From: Puniceicoccales bacterium
GTDB taxonomy: Bacteria > Verrucomicrobiota > Verrucomicrobiia > Opitutales > JAIRLM01
Assembly (NCBI GenBank): GCA_031268535.1
Contig: JAIRXB010000033.1
Coordinates: 1,886-65,885 of the forward strand
Direction: 5' to 3'
Length of the DNA stretch: 64,000 bases
The translations under genes were made by a program, and so were the position numbers. A model generated the notes under the pieces. That model was not told the origin of the DNA and did no database searches. It saw only the letters and a list, made by a program, of their open reading frames with translations. Shown here in pieces: positions 46,415 through 56,893 of this stretch (within the stretch, counting starts at the first letter, position 1; the number at the start of each line of letters is the position of its first letter).

Positions 46415-46514
46415 ATTGAAGTTTTGCATAAATTGCGTTGCCCTAGATCAACTTGGCCATTTCGCGCTCGAAATACTTTTACATTTTTGCCAATTTTGTC
46501 AAAATTGGGCTGCC

Positions 46515-49500
46515 ATGATTGGAGGTTCATCATACTTTTCAACTCTTATGCAGGGCGCGAACGCCTTTAGGCAGACAAGCTCAAGAGCTCTTGCCGCAGC
46601 CCTAGAAAGAAAACCGAGGACTCATCAGGGACAGACAGTTGAAAAAATAAAAAGTGCCGTGTCTTCCAATGAAGCGGAAATCGTCAACGCCTTCGAGAAA
46701 AAAAATATTTTCATGCGGGGCCTCGCCATAGCATTTAGCTGGGCCGCCGAAATTTGCCACCAAGATGCGGCCGTTAGCGAAATGCTCGCAGCGCTCGATG
46801 GAGACGAAAATGCAATCCACTCACAATCTGGAGTCATGTCGGCCGCGAGCACCATCATCATCAGCACCATAAAAGCTTGCCGCGAAGCGGAATCTAAAAC
46901 GTTTGACACCGTCAGGAGCGCGATGGGGAGATCCGGGCTGAAAGATACACCTTTCAGTGTGCAAAAAATAGGGATGGCTGGACACCAATGCGCCCGCCTA
47001 TCCGACCTGATTGCGTCCGCCATAATTGCCGGAAAAATTAATATTAAAGACCTCTCCGACATAGTGCTTCCCCGTAGGAGCGACCTGGAAGAGCAACGGC
47101 GAAATCTCAGCACCTGCGGATTGTCGCAACAAAGCGACACAAGCCCATCGGAAACAGCATTTTTTGAGCGCCTAGGGGAGGTTTTCCAGTTGCCTGCCGG
47201 TGTCAGACTGACAACTGCCGACGGACACCCGCCGGAATTATCGGGCTGGGTGACATTTGCTGTCGCCATCGCCGAGCTGGCTGGAGCGCACGGCGCATTT
47301 GCAAGCATCGTGACGCAACTAAAAAACGACTTTGCAGCCAAAACGCCGGAAGTTTATGGCCGCAGCGCCGCCGTCGCAACCGAAGCTGCCAATGACGTTA
47401 TGACGGCGCCGGCCAATGGCTTTTCTGGCGGCACCGTCAACTTCGAAGCGCTCAGCTCATTATCACAAGATGAAATCAACGCCGCCGTTGGCGACGTGGC
47501 AAATTGTTTGCATAATACTTTTGGCGTCGAAATTGATGAAGCCCATATCCGCGACGTGGCACTGGGATCCGTCAGCGATCGGCTTCGCGCTGGATGCTTT
47601 GCCAAAGACACCGCCGTTAACGATAGCGATGACTCTCATGAACTAGATCCTGGAGAATTTAAAAGTGGTGACGATTTCATTACGGCGGAATACGCGATTG
47701 CTCTCGGCCGCATCGGCTTTGACGAAAACAGCATCACTAAAATTAACGAAGAGAAGTCCGCTGGAAAATATAACGCAAATTTAGCCAAAACACTTGCTTC
47801 CGCCATAGGCATTTTGCGAAATGCAGCAAAAAATGCAATTTTACAGCACAGAACGCCTGGGGGACAAACGGTTGCCGATGTGGCCGCAGATGTGCGCGCC
47901 GATGGGATGGTGGAAAACCTTAGCGCCATCGACGACACCACAAAAACACTGCTCGCAAACGTTGAAGCGGCGACAGATATCGCCGAGCAGGCGGCGGCGG
48001 CCGCTCCAACTGGACCAAGCATCTCAACCGTCAGCACAAAAGCTGAAACGCGCACCGTAATAGTAGACGCCATTGCGCAGCAGCGCATAAAGCAATCCGC
48101 CGCCACCATTGTGGCCCTCTTCGGCGCCGGCAACATTTCCGACACAACCTTCGCGCAACCCATCACCATCATGGGCGTTAAATGCCACAGGATTAGCGAA
48201 GCGGTTTCCGTGGCCATCGTCCACGGCGGCGAAGAAATCAGCGGGAAAATAGCCACCCTGCTTGAGCAACATAGGGCAGGGCAACAGCGCACCGCCCACG
48301 GAAACAGCACGCTGCTGGACGACCTAGTCGAAGCCATTGGCCTCAATGGGGAGAACGTAACGCTGCGCCCGGCCGACCCGGCAAAATTTAATGGCGTAAG
48401 CATCGCCTTCCTTGAGGCGTTCGTAGCCATTTCAGCCGCCTACGGCCGCGTAGACGAAAAAAACATCAGCTGCGAAAAAGATGCCGCCAAAAGGGGGGCG
48501 GAGCAGCTTGACATCAGTGGCGAGAATAAATTTGCCGCAGCCATAAGTTCGGCGGCATCTGGCCTCGCCGGATCCGCCTACGGCGCACTGCGTGGCGATC
48601 GCAAGGCGGAAATTGACAGCCGCCTGACAGCTTTTGTAAATGCCATTTCCAGAACGCTGGATGACGACGGAAGAGAACAAATTAGTCAAATCGCCGGCAG
48701 CCAATTCTTCGACCCATTCTTTTCCCGCTGGGCTCTGAACGGCTTCTGCGGAGACATGCCATTCGAAATTGGCATAACATCCATCACATCCACCCGCACA
48801 GGACAATATAGGCTGGGAGACATTTTTGCGCTCATCGGCGCACAATGCCCCTCCGGCATGGAGAATAGCGCAATTAGCGCCACAGACACGGCGGCAATTT
48901 GCTCTGCCGCAAATGAATTCCGCAAATCCACCATGGCCGCCATCGGAAAGTGGACGACCGCCTACGGCGAAAAAAACTTCGTGGACGTCTACCGCAAAAC
49001 CTACATCGAAAATCTCGGCGGCAATCATAGCTCCTTCATCGACGAAGTGGCCAATAGGCTCCAAGAAACCTTGGACAAATTTCAAAGGGCGGCGAACCAA
49101 GGCGCTTTGGCAACAGATGCTGGCGAAAAAGAATTCATCGGCAGCCGCCAAGAAGCAGCGGCGGCGATTGGCGAAGAAAACGCCATCTATAGAGGACTCT
49201 TCACCGCACAGTATGGCGATCAGCCACCGCCAAACAAAAAACTTGTAGATGGCTGCGCGCTATTTTTGGACAAAGTCGGCCTCGAAAACGAAACTTTTGG
49301 CAAGCCCATCATGTCCGGCATATATTTGTGCTCGAATGCGGCCGAACTAATTGCCGCCATACTCATGCGTAGCTATTCACTTGGCGGCGTTTTTGAAGGC
49401 GCAATGAGTGACTCATTGCTTGCGGCGCTATCTCCGGAAGATTGGTCGAGACATCTGCTGGGCGACAGCGGAAACGTCAGGCTGCACCCCAAGAAGGGGA

Positions 49501-50234
49501 AAACAGCCCTATCCATTTCCGATCTTAGGGCCGCCAGACCGATCATGGCGAAGCTTGCCGCCATATCTAGAAAAATAAACGAAGCGCACAATGAACGTTT
49601 AGACGCAATGAAAAGTGAGGAAAAAGCCGCAGGGAAAATCAAAAAAAGCGGAGCCGAAACCGTCGAAAGCGCGCGGGGCTTTGGCGGTTTCAAAACCAGC
49701 CAAAATCCATACGGCTTGCTGGCCGGCACGAGCAGGAACGAAGCTGTGGATCGGCTGCGCGATGGCGCCAAAAAAGCCAGAATTACGCTATCGGACAAAG
49801 ACATTGGCATAATTCTATCGCACAAGGCATTGGAGGTCAGAGATGCCATGGTCAAAGGGAAGCTCTACGGCAGGATCTCGTCGATCTTCGACGCGTTTAC
49901 TGGCACCTCCGAGGCAAGGAGCCGCGATGTCTTTGATATAGCAATCGAGGACGACAGCATAACGCTTCAAGAGTTTTTTGGGCGCTATGGGATATATGGA
50001 ATCAGCGGAAATGTCGTGCTAACCAAGAAGCAAGCCAATTCACTGCGAACGACCCTAATGAACCCAATACGCAGCTTGCTGCATGAAGGACTGCTAGAAG
50101 TCGACCTCGGAAATGGCAGGACGATCGTAGAGAACCATGGAGATGGAGAGGCAATGGTGCGCATTGAATGCCGCAAGAAAGCGCTAACGGCCAATAGGGA
50201 ATTGATGCGACTATTGGACGAACTCTCGGAATGA
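46515..50234 (+). CDS. Giant (~1240-aa) hypothetical protein with at least three internal repeat modules; candidate secreted effector
   Basis: Starts at ATG 46515 (MIGGSSYFSTLMQGANAFRQTSS). The repeat cores are FSVQKIGMAGHQCARLSDLIASAIIAGK, FAQPITIMGVKCHRISEAVSVAIVHGG and FGKPIMSGIYLCSNAAELIAAILMRS. No TM segment and no recognisable domain. Confidence 0.55.
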   Translation: MIGGSSYFSTLMQGANAFRQTSSRALAAALERKPRTHQGQTVEKIKSAVSSNEAEIVNAFEKKNIFMRGLAIAFSWAAEICHQDAAVSEMLAALDGDENAIHSQSGVMSAASTIIISTIKACREAESKTFDTVRSAMGRSGLKDTPFSVQKIGMAGHQCARLSDLIASAIIAGKINIKDLSDIVLPRRSDLEEQRRNLSTCGLSQQSDTSPSETAFFERLGEVFQLPAGVRLTTADGHPPELSGWVTFAVAIAELAGAHGAFASIVTQLKNDFAAKTPEVYGRSAAVATEAANDVMTAPANGFSGGTVNFEALSSLSQDEINAAVGDVANCLHNTFGVEIDEAHIRDVALGSVSDRLRAGCFAKDTAVNDSDDSHELDPGEFKSGDDFITAEYAIALGRIGFDENSITKINEEKSAGKYNANLAKTLASAIGILRNAAKNAILQHRTPGGQTVADVAADVRADGMVENLSAIDDTTKTLLANVEAATDIAEQAAAAAPTGPSISTVSTKAETRTVIVDAIAQQRIKQSAATIVALFGAGNISDTTFAQPITIMGVKCHRISEAVSVAIVHGGEEISGKIATLLEQHRAGQQRTAHGNSTLLDDLVEAIGLNGENVTLRPADPAKFNGVSIAFLEAFVAISAAYGRVDEKNISCEKDAAKRGAEQLDISGENKFAAAISSAASGLAGSAYGALRGDRKAEIDSRLTAFVNAISRTLDDDGREQISQIAGSQFFDPFFSRWALNGFCGDMPFEIGITSITSTRTGQYRLGDIFALIGAQCPSGMENSAISATDTAAICSAANEFRKSTMAAIGKWTTAYGEKNFVDVYRKTYIENLGGNHSSFIDEVANRLQETLDKFQRAANQGALATDAGEKEFIGSRQEAAAAIGEENAIYRGLFTAQYGDQPPPNKKLVDGCALFLDKVGLENETFGKPIMSGIYLCSNAAELIAAILMRSYSLGGVFEGAMSDSLLAALSPEDWSRHLLGDSGNVRLHPKKGKTALSISDLRAARPIMAKLAAISRKINEAHNERLDAMKSEEKAAGKIKKSGAETVESARGFGGFKTSQNPYGLLAGTSRNEAVDRLRDGAKKARITLSDKDIGIILSHKALEVRDAMVKGKLYGRISSIFDAFTGTSEARSRDVFDIAIEDDSITLQEFFGRYGIYGISGNVVLTKKQANSLRTTLMNPIRSLLHEGLLEVDLGNGRTIVENHGDGEAMVRIECRKKALTANRELMRLLDELSE

Positions 50235-50240
50235 TTCCGC

Positions 50241-50822
50241 CTAGGCTGGGCTTTTTCTTTGGAAAATTAGCAGCTGGGGCGAGCCTCTTCCGCGGCGTCC
50301 GATGGCCGTCAGCTGCACGAGTGACTCCGGCATCGGAAACTCGACGCCAAACGGCATTTCCACCGCAGCCACCGCATCGCCATTCGCAGCCCCCATCAGG
50401 GCCCCCACCAGCCTGGCGCAATCGCCGGGCCTTTTCTCCATAAGTTCGTAAGGCGGATCGACAAACAGGAAGTCAAATGGCTCCGCTTTGGCGGAGAAGG
50501 CGTCGCCGCAGCGGATCGTAAAGTTTTTTCGCGGCACCCCTGCCGAAATGGAAATACCATCTAGATTTACGCCTATTTGGCGACAATTTGCCGGAGAAAT
50601 TTCCACGAAATGGCCATGGAGAGCGCCGCGGCTAAGCGCCTCGAGGCCGTAGGAGCCAACGCCGGCAAAAATGTCCATAATCCTTGCGCCACTCAAAGAT
50701 TTCCCCGACGACGCCAGCGACGAGAAAAGCGCAGCGCGCATGGCGTCCGTTGCGGGCCTTGCGGACGACTTCCTTCCGCAGCCTATGGCCATGCCGCGCG
50801 CCATTCCGCCGGTGATGCGCAC
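50241..50822 (-). CDS. rsmD: 16S rRNA (guanine966-N2)-methyltransferase
   Basis: MRITGGMARG...RPATDAMRAALFSSL..DIFAGVGSYGLEALSRGA..VDPPY. Confidence 0.8.
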   Translation of the reverse strand: MRITGGMARGMAIGCGRKSSARPATDAMRAALFSSLASSGKSLSGARIMDIFAGVGSYGLEALSRGALHGHFVEISPANCRQIGVNLDGISISAGVPRKNFTIRCGDAFSAKAEPFDFLFVDPPYELMEKRPGDCARLVGALMGAANGDAVAAVEMPFGVEFPMPESLVQLTAIGRRGRGSPQLLIFQRKSPA

Positions 50823-50829
50823 GGCCAGC

Positions 50830-52833
50830 CTACTCCTCCCCTATGCGGCGCAAATTGTTGCGGATGTTTTCCACGGAAAATCCATTGGCCCGCAGCATGG
50901 TGTCTCCATCCAGACATTCACCATAGCCGTGAACGGCTATGACATTCTCCCACTTGGCGTAGCGCAGCCATGGCTGCGGCCCAGCCGCCTCCACGGCCAA
51001 ACGGCGACCGCAGTCTGGATCGATTACCTCGTTTTTGTAGCTAATCTCCTGCCGCTCAAAAACTTCCATGCAGGGCATGGAAACAACTCGGCAATGGGGA
51101 AAATCTTCCGCCGCCTCCATCAGCATGTGGAGCTCCCCCCCAGAGGCCATGGCGATGGAGCGCAGCGGTGGCTTTTCTGGCCTCACCACGTAGGCGCCGC
51201 GCCGCGCGCCGCAGCGCCGCAGCTCCGCAGGAGCGGCGATGGGCGGCAGAGGTTGCCGAGACATTATGAGTGCCGTCGGCCGAGAACAATTGTCAACGGC
51301 GATGGCAAAGGCGGCCACGCACTCGTCGGCGTCTGCCGGTCGCACCACATCCAAGCCCGGCAGCGCCCGCAGCGACGGAATCATTTCAACGGGCTGGTGG
51401 GTCGGGCCGTCCTCGCCGACGGCTATGGAATCGTGGCTGAAGACATAGATGATTGGCAACTTAGCCATGGCGCCAATGCGCATTGGTGGCCGCAAATAGT
51501 CGGAAAAAACTAAAAACGTCGACGCAAGCGGCCGGAAAATTCCGTCGAACGCCAGGCCATTGCCGATCGCCCCCATGACGTGCTCCCGCGCTCCGCATTG
51601 TATGTTACGCACCAATGTGTTATCCGCCGAAAGCATTGGGGAGTCGCCGATGGTCGTCCCAACCGAAGAAAAAACATCGGCTCCGACGCTCACCAAATTT
51701 GGCATGCGCCGCGCAACTTCCTGCAGCACGGCAGATGCGCTCCTCCTCGTTGGAGAAGGGGTGTCGGAAAATTTTGGGAAATTTTTCAGCAGCCAATTGC
51801 CGTCAAACTTTTCAGGGGAAAGTATCTCCAGCAGATTACTATTCCGCTCGAACACCATCGATAGGCGCTCCGTCCAGGCCTCCCTCTCCTTCCTTCTCCG
51901 CTCGCCAATGGCGCGCCATCTCTCCGCCAGAGCCGGGAAAATGGTAAATGGCTCATGTAGCGGGGCCAACTTCTCCCTCGCGGCAACTAATTCTTCGCGG
52001 CTCAGGGGAAGGCCGTGGCAGCGAAAATCTCCACAGACCGCTGAGTCGACACCCTTCGCAGCGATTGTTTTGGCGATGATAGCCTGGGGCCTGGAGCATG
52101 GAAATTGCCTGGCCATGCGCAGCGCCGCGGCGATCTGATTCAGGTCATGGCCGTCCACCTCCCTTACGGTCCATCCCAAAGCTTCCAGCGTAGCTTTGCA
52201 GTTGCGGCCGTTAGTTGTGTGCGATGCGCCATCCAGCGTTATGCCGTTGTCGTCGTAGATCACTATGAGATTGCCAAGCTCCCAGAGGCCAGCCAGGGCA
52301 AATGCCTCCATGGCAACACCTTCCTGCATGCATCCGTCGCCAGCTAGACAGACCGTTCTGCCCTGCAGCATGGAAACGTCATCGCCAAAACGGGCCGCCA
52401 GGAGCTGCTGGGAGAGGGCCATGCCAACGGCATTGGCAATGCCCTGGCCGAGAGGGCCCGTCGTGCATTCAACGCCGAGTGAGCGGCAAAATTCCGGATG
52501 GCTGCGGGCGCGCCCGCCGCGGCGAAAGGCGCGCAGATCGGCGGCGCTGACCGGGAAGCCGGCCATGTGCATCCACGCGTAGAGAAAGGCGCTTCCGTGG
52601 CCAGCCGAAAGGACGAAGCGATCCCGGTCGATCCAGGACGGATCTGAGCCGTCACAGCGGAGAAATTCACCGAAAAGCACTGCGCCTATCTCCGCGCAGC
52701 CGAGAGCCATCCCCATGTGTCCGGTGCCAGCGGCCGCCAGCATGTCGAGCACGAGAACTCGCCCATTTAGCGCACAGTCGCCAAGAAAGGCGACGGAATC
52801 TCCATCCAATGGCGAAACGTCGGCGCAAGCCAT
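50830..52833 (-). CDS. tkt: Transketolase; start could also be TTG 52890
   Basis: GTGHMGMALGCAEI, DRDRFVLSAGHGS, the ThDP motif GDGCMQEGV, and the C-terminal domains. Confidence 0.9.
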   Translation of the reverse strand: MACADVSPLDGDSVAFLGDCALNGRVLVLDMLAAAGTGHMGMALGCAEIGAVLFGEFLRCDGSDPSWIDRDRFVLSAGHGSAFLYAWMHMAGFPVSAADLRAFRRGGRARSHPEFCRSLGVECTTGPLGQGIANAVGMALSQQLLAARFGDDVSMLQGRTVCLAGDGCMQEGVAMEAFALAGLWELGNLIVIYDDNGITLDGASHTTNGRNCKATLEALGWTVREVDGHDLNQIAAALRMARQFPCSRPQAIIAKTIAAKGVDSAVCGDFRCHGLPLSREELVAAREKLAPLHEPFTIFPALAERWRAIGERRRKEREAWTERLSMVFERNSNLLEILSPEKFDGNWLLKNFPKFSDTPSPTRRSASAVLQEVARRMPNLVSVGADVFSSVGTTIGDSPMLSADNTLVRNIQCGAREHVMGAIGNGLAFDGIFRPLASTFLVFSDYLRPPMRIGAMAKLPIIYVFSHDSIAVGEDGPTHQPVEMIPSLRALPGLDVVRPADADECVAAFAIAVDNCSRPTALIMSRQPLPPIAAPAELRRCGARRGAYVVRPEKPPLRSIAMASGGELHMLMEAAEDFPHCRVVSMPCMEVFERQEISYKNEVIDPDCGRRLAVEAAGPQPWLRYAKWENVIAVHGYGECLDGDTMLRANGFSVENIRNNLRRIGEE

Positions 52834-53181
52834 CCACCTGGAGCAATCGCCGCAGATCCCACCGCAATCCACTGGGCCATGGGAGCCCAAACGCTAACTT
52901 TGTCACCATAAAAAAATTTTTCTCCGCCATTGGCCGCTTCTCGCCACCTGGCAGCCGTTTTTTTTTGCTAAATCGCTAAAAGAAAGCTGCTAAACGGGAA
53001 AATGCCACGCCGTTGGCAAAGGCCTCGGCCGTAGAGTTAGCAAAAAACTGCCGCCAAAAGCGGCCGCGGCGGCAAAAACGCTTGCAAGAATCTGCAGCGG
53101 CCCATTCCGTGGGGCCAACCGGAGCTCGGTCGCCACGGTGGCGTCGCCGAGCCGGCAACGATTATCCTTCGGGGGCACATC

Positions 53182-55365
53182 ATGCCTATCTTCTTTTGGC
53201 TCATACCTCTAGCTGCCTTCGGCGCCCTCGTCGCGGCCCGCATTTTTTACGGACAGATGGTCTCCATGCCGGCTGGCAATGGCGCCATGCGCCGCATCGC
53301 CGACCACGTGCGCCGCGGGGCGCGCGCCTACCTTTTCCAGCAGTACCGCGTCGTTGCTGTGGTCTTCGCCGCCATTGCCGCCATGCTCGCCGTACTCTCC
53401 CACGGCTTTAAGCTGCAAAACGGTTGGCTTCCGCTAGCCTTCCTGACGGGCGGTGTGGCGTCGGCGCTGAGCGGCTATTTCGGCATGGAAACTGCCACCA
53501 GGGCTTCGTCACGAACGGCCCAGGCGGCATCGCAGTCCCTTAACGGAGGCCTGCGGGTAGCGTTCCGCAGCGGAGCCGTCATGGGCCTCGCCGTAGTGGG
53601 CTTGGCGCTGCTGGACTATTCTTTTTGGTTCTTTATTTTGAACCGCTTCACAAGTTTCGATGGAGCCGACAGGCTAGCCGCCATAGCGGGCATGATGGTC
53701 ACATTCGGCATCGGCGTTTCACTGCAGGCGCTCTTTGCCAGAGTTGGTGGAGGAATTTTTACAAAAGCCGCCGACGTTGGAGCCGATCTTGTCGGCAAAC
53801 TCGAACTTGGCATTCCCGAGGACGATCCGAGAAATCCAGCGGCGATTGCAGACAACGTTGGCGATAACGTCGGAGACGTAGCCGGCATGGGCGCTGACCT
53901 CTACGAATCATTCGTTGGATCGATTTTGGCCACGGCGGCGCTTGGGGCGGCCGCGTTTCGCGACTGCAGAGCGCTCCAGATGAAGGCTGTCCTTCTGCCG
54001 GCCCTGATGGCGTCCTTTGGCGCAATTTTCTCCATTGTTGGAATCTGTTCAGTGAAAATAGGAAATGACGGATCCGTTGGCAAATTGCTCCGCTCACTCA
54101 ACGGTGCCGTCACGCTCAGCGGTGCACTTATGGCCATTGGCTCCCTTTGCCTATGCAAAATTTTGGGCCTTCCAAATCCCGTTGGCATCTGGGGCTCCAC
54201 CATGGCGGGGCTGCTGTCCGGCATAGTCATAGGAAAGTCGTCGGAGTACTACACCTCCCAAGCACACGGGCCGACGCGGCGCACAGCCGAAGCGGGATCG
54301 ACCGGCCCGGCCACCGTGCTCATATGCGGAATGGCGGTGGGCATGCTCTCAACGGCCGTGCCGGTACTGGCCGTCGTCGTCGGGACAATTTGCGCCTACG
54401 GCTTCGCCTGCGCATTCGATTTTTCCTCCATAGGCATGGGCCTCTACGGCATAGGAATTGCCTCCGTCGGCATGCTCTCGACGATAGGCGTCACTCTCGC
54501 TTCAGACGCGTTTGGGCCGATTGCGGACAACGCCGGCGGAAACGCGGAAATGAGTGGGCTGGACCCGGAAGTGCGGAAGCGCACCGACATGTTGGATTCG
54601 CTCGGAAATACCACGGCGGCAACCGGCAAGGGCTTTGCCATAGGGTCGGCGGCCCTAACGGCATTGGCGCTCCTAGCTTCCTACGTGGAAGGAATTCGCA
54701 TGTACCTAATGCGCAACGGCAAAACCTCAATTGTCCTGGATGGCGGCACAGTCCCACTGCCGAGCGCATCACTCGTTGATTTCCTCCAGTACTTTGAAGT
54801 GCATCTCCTTAATCCCAAGCTGCTTCTCGGCTTGCTGGTCGGCTCCATGCTCTCCTTCGTTTTCTGCGGACTCACCATGAATGCGGTTGGACGGGCCGCA
54901 TCTAAAATGGTGGCCGAAGTGCGACGCCAATTTCGCGAAATTATCGGCCTGGCTGAGGGAAAGGCTGAGCCGGACTACGCCGAATGCGTCCGCATCTCCA
55001 CTGCCGCCGCCCAGCGGGAGATGATTTTCCCGGCCGTGCTGGCCATAGCGGCGCCCCTAGTCATGTCCTTCACTTTCGGCGTGCCGGGAGTGCTCGGCCT
55101 GATTTGCGGAGCGCTATCCAGCGGCTTCGTGATGGCAATTTTCATGGCAAATGCTGGCGGATGCTGGGATAATGCAAAAAAATACGTGGAGGAGGGCAAT
55201 CTCGGCGGCAAAGGATCGGAGGCGCACAGAGCCACCGTTGTGGGCGACACCGTTGGAGATCCATTCAAGGACACGGCCGGGCCGAGTCTTAACATCCTCA
55301 TTAAGTTGATGACCATAATGTCGATTGTGACCGTTGGCGTGGCCGTATCCACCAGCGTCTTCTAG
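53182..55365 (+). CDS. hppA: Membrane-bound proton/sodium-translocating pyrophosphatase
   Basis: 727 aa and very hydrophobic. GGGIFTKAADVGADLVGK, DNVGDNVGDVAGMGADL and DNAKKYVE..GDTVGDPFKDTAGPSLN are hallmark H+-PPase motifs. Confidence 0.95.
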   Translation: MPIFFWLIPLAAFGALVAARIFYGQMVSMPAGNGAMRRIADHVRRGARAYLFQQYRVVAVVFAAIAAMLAVLSHGFKLQNGWLPLAFLTGGVASALSGYFGMETATRASSRTAQAASQSLNGGLRVAFRSGAVMGLAVVGLALLDYSFWFFILNRFTSFDGADRLAAIAGMMVTFGIGVSLQALFARVGGGIFTKAADVGADLVGKLELGIPEDDPRNPAAIADNVGDNVGDVAGMGADLYESFVGSILATAALGAAAFRDCRALQMKAVLLPALMASFGAIFSIVGICSVKIGNDGSVGKLLRSLNGAVTLSGALMAIGSLCLCKILGLPNPVGIWGSTMAGLLSGIVIGKSSEYYTSQAHGPTRRTAEAGSTGPATVLICGMAVGMLSTAVPVLAVVVGTICAYGFACAFDFSSIGMGLYGIGIASVGMLSTIGVTLASDAFGPIADNAGGNAEMSGLDPEVRKRTDMLDSLGNTTAATGKGFAIGSAALTALALLASYVEGIRMYLMRNGKTSIVLDGGTVPLPSASLVDFLQYFEVHLLNPKLLLGLLVGSMLSFVFCGLTMNAVGRAASKMVAEVRRQFREIIGLAEGKAEPDYAECVRISTAAAQREMIFPAVLAIAAPLVMSFTFGVPGVLGLICGALSSGFVMAIFMANAGGCWDNAKKYVEEGNLGGKGSEAHRATVVGDTVGDPFKDTAGPSLNILIKLMTIMSIVTVGVAVSTSVF

Positions 55366-55433
55366 GGACAACCGACGGCAGCCCGCTCGGTTTTTTCTTG
55401 GACCGCTGCGGCCGTCAGCCATAGTGGTCAGTC

Positions 55434-56063
55434 GTGCGCATAGTGCATTTCATTTGCGGCCCAATCGCAAACAATTGCTACCTCGCCGTTCGCGACGGCG
55501 AATCGGTCCTCGTCGATGCCCCCATCGGCAGCATGGCCAGCTACGAAAAATTCACAGAAACTAGCGCGAATGAGTTGCGCGGCCTGCTGCTCACCCATGG
55601 ACACTGGGATCACATGGCGGAAGCGGCCCTTTTCCAAAAAAAATATTCGGTGCCCGTCTACGCAAACGAAGGCGACCTGCCAATGCTGCTAAACCCTGAT
55701 GCCATGAGAAGTTACTCGGTCCCCGCCGTTGAAATTCTCCCCTGCCGGCCGGACGTGGCCGTCTGCGACGGAGACAAACTGCAACTGCTTGGTTCCGAAT
55801 GGATTGTCCGCTCCGTGGCCGGCCACACGCCCGGCGGCGTGGTATACGGCGTGGAGGATGAAAAATTGCTCTTCAGCGGCGACTCTCTCTTTCGCGGAAC
55901 GGTCGGACGCAGCGACTTGCCGGGCGGCAACGGCGAATTGCTGATTGAGCAGCTGCTGGAGCGGGTCATGTCGCTGCCAGACTGGGTTAATGTGCTTCCC
56001 GGTCACGGACATACGACAACCATAGGGGAAGAAAGGCGCCACAATGGCCACTTAAAACTCTAG
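55434..56063 (+). CDS. MBL-fold metallo-hydrolase (glyoxalase II / YcbL-like)
   Basis: THGHWDH motif, HTPGG, and a C-terminal PGHG. Confidence 0.8.
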   Translation: MRIVHFICGPIANNCYLAVRDGESVLVDAPIGSMASYEKFTETSANELRGLLLTHGHWDHMAEAALFQKKYSVPVYANEGDLPMLLNPDAMRSYSVPAVEILPCRPDVAVCDGDKLQLLGSEWIVRSVAGHTPGGVVYGVEDEKLLFSGDSLFRGTVGRSDLPGGNGELLIEQLLERVMSLPDWVNVLPGHGHTTTIGEERRHNGHLKL

Positions 56064-56893
56064 TGGCGCAAGTAGCCAATGACCGTCATTTTATCGCCGT
56101 TCTGCCTACAGCGTAGGCAGTAGGGAGAGAGCCCTATGAGATTTCGAATCCCCATTTCAATTTCGTTGGTGTTTTCCAAAAGAATGACATCACCAACGCG
56201 CAGATCAGCCACCGCATTGCGGGGCATCTCCAGCGCCGCCACGGCATTTATGGTGCGCGGAACGGCCGCCTCGTGGTACCTATAGGGGACAACTTCCTCC
56301 GCGCGAACCGCATCCAAAATTCTCTCCATCAAATTGCGATCCATGGAGAGCATGCCCGAAATCACCAATGGCACACTTTCGCCGCAGTGGGGATTTTTTT
56401 CGTAGATGTGAAATGAGACGTGAAACGGTAGGGAGCGGCGGCGGTGAACGCGGTGCAGGGCAACGTTTTCCACCGTAGCGGGAGCGCAAAGCCAGCCCTC
56501 CAGCGTTGAGAGGAGCGGATCGAGGAGCGATTCCACCAAAATTTTTTGCACGTCGGCCGGATAGATTTCGAAAGCCATTTTGCGCAGCCGCTCATCAAGC
56601 AGCGCACACGATGAAACAGACTCAACCCCAATGCGCATGGCCACATCGCCAACGCGCAAATCCACAGATGCGCCGCAGTCAATTGGAGTGTCGCCGCGCA
56701 ACACCAGGAAAAGTTCGCGGCCAAAATAGGAAACGCGCACAATGCGCGCCCTGTAAAAAACTTCATTGTTGAAATCAACAATCCACTGGGACATTTTTTC
56801 GGCGGCAAGGGAAATGGCCGAAATGGCCCTTTTGCGTTTCGCAGCGGGAGTTTTTTCGGATTTTGCGCGCGCGGCGCCGCTCTGCTGCGTCAT
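56060..56893 (-). CDS. sctQ: SctQ-like cytoplasmic-ring (sorting platform) protein
   Basis: It is the fourth gene after sctN-O-P. The C-terminal AVADLRVGDVILLENTNEIEMGIRNLIGLSPYCLRCRQNGDKMTVIGYL is SpoA-like. 277 aa. Confidence 0.5.
   Translation of the reverse strand: MTQQSGAARAKSEKTPAAKRKRAISAISLAAEKMSQWIVDFNNEVFYRARIVRVSYFGRELFLVLRGDTPIDCGASVDLRVGDVAMRIGVESVSSCALLDERLRKMAFEIYPADVQKILVESLLDPLLSTLEGWLCAPATVENVALHRVHRRRSLPFHVSFHIYEKNPHCGESVPLVISGMLSMDRNLMERILDAVRAEEVVPYRYHEAAVPRTINAVAALEMPRNAVADLRVGDVILLENTNEIEMGIRNLIGLSPYCLRCRQNGDKMTVIGYLRH

Noticed and set aside
46625-49855. Several long minus-strand ORFs (238, 264, 239 and 160 aa) inside the giant gene
   Set aside because: All are antisense to one continuous 3.7-kb plus-strand ORF. 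They abut each other in different frames and are Ala/Ser-rich mirror images.
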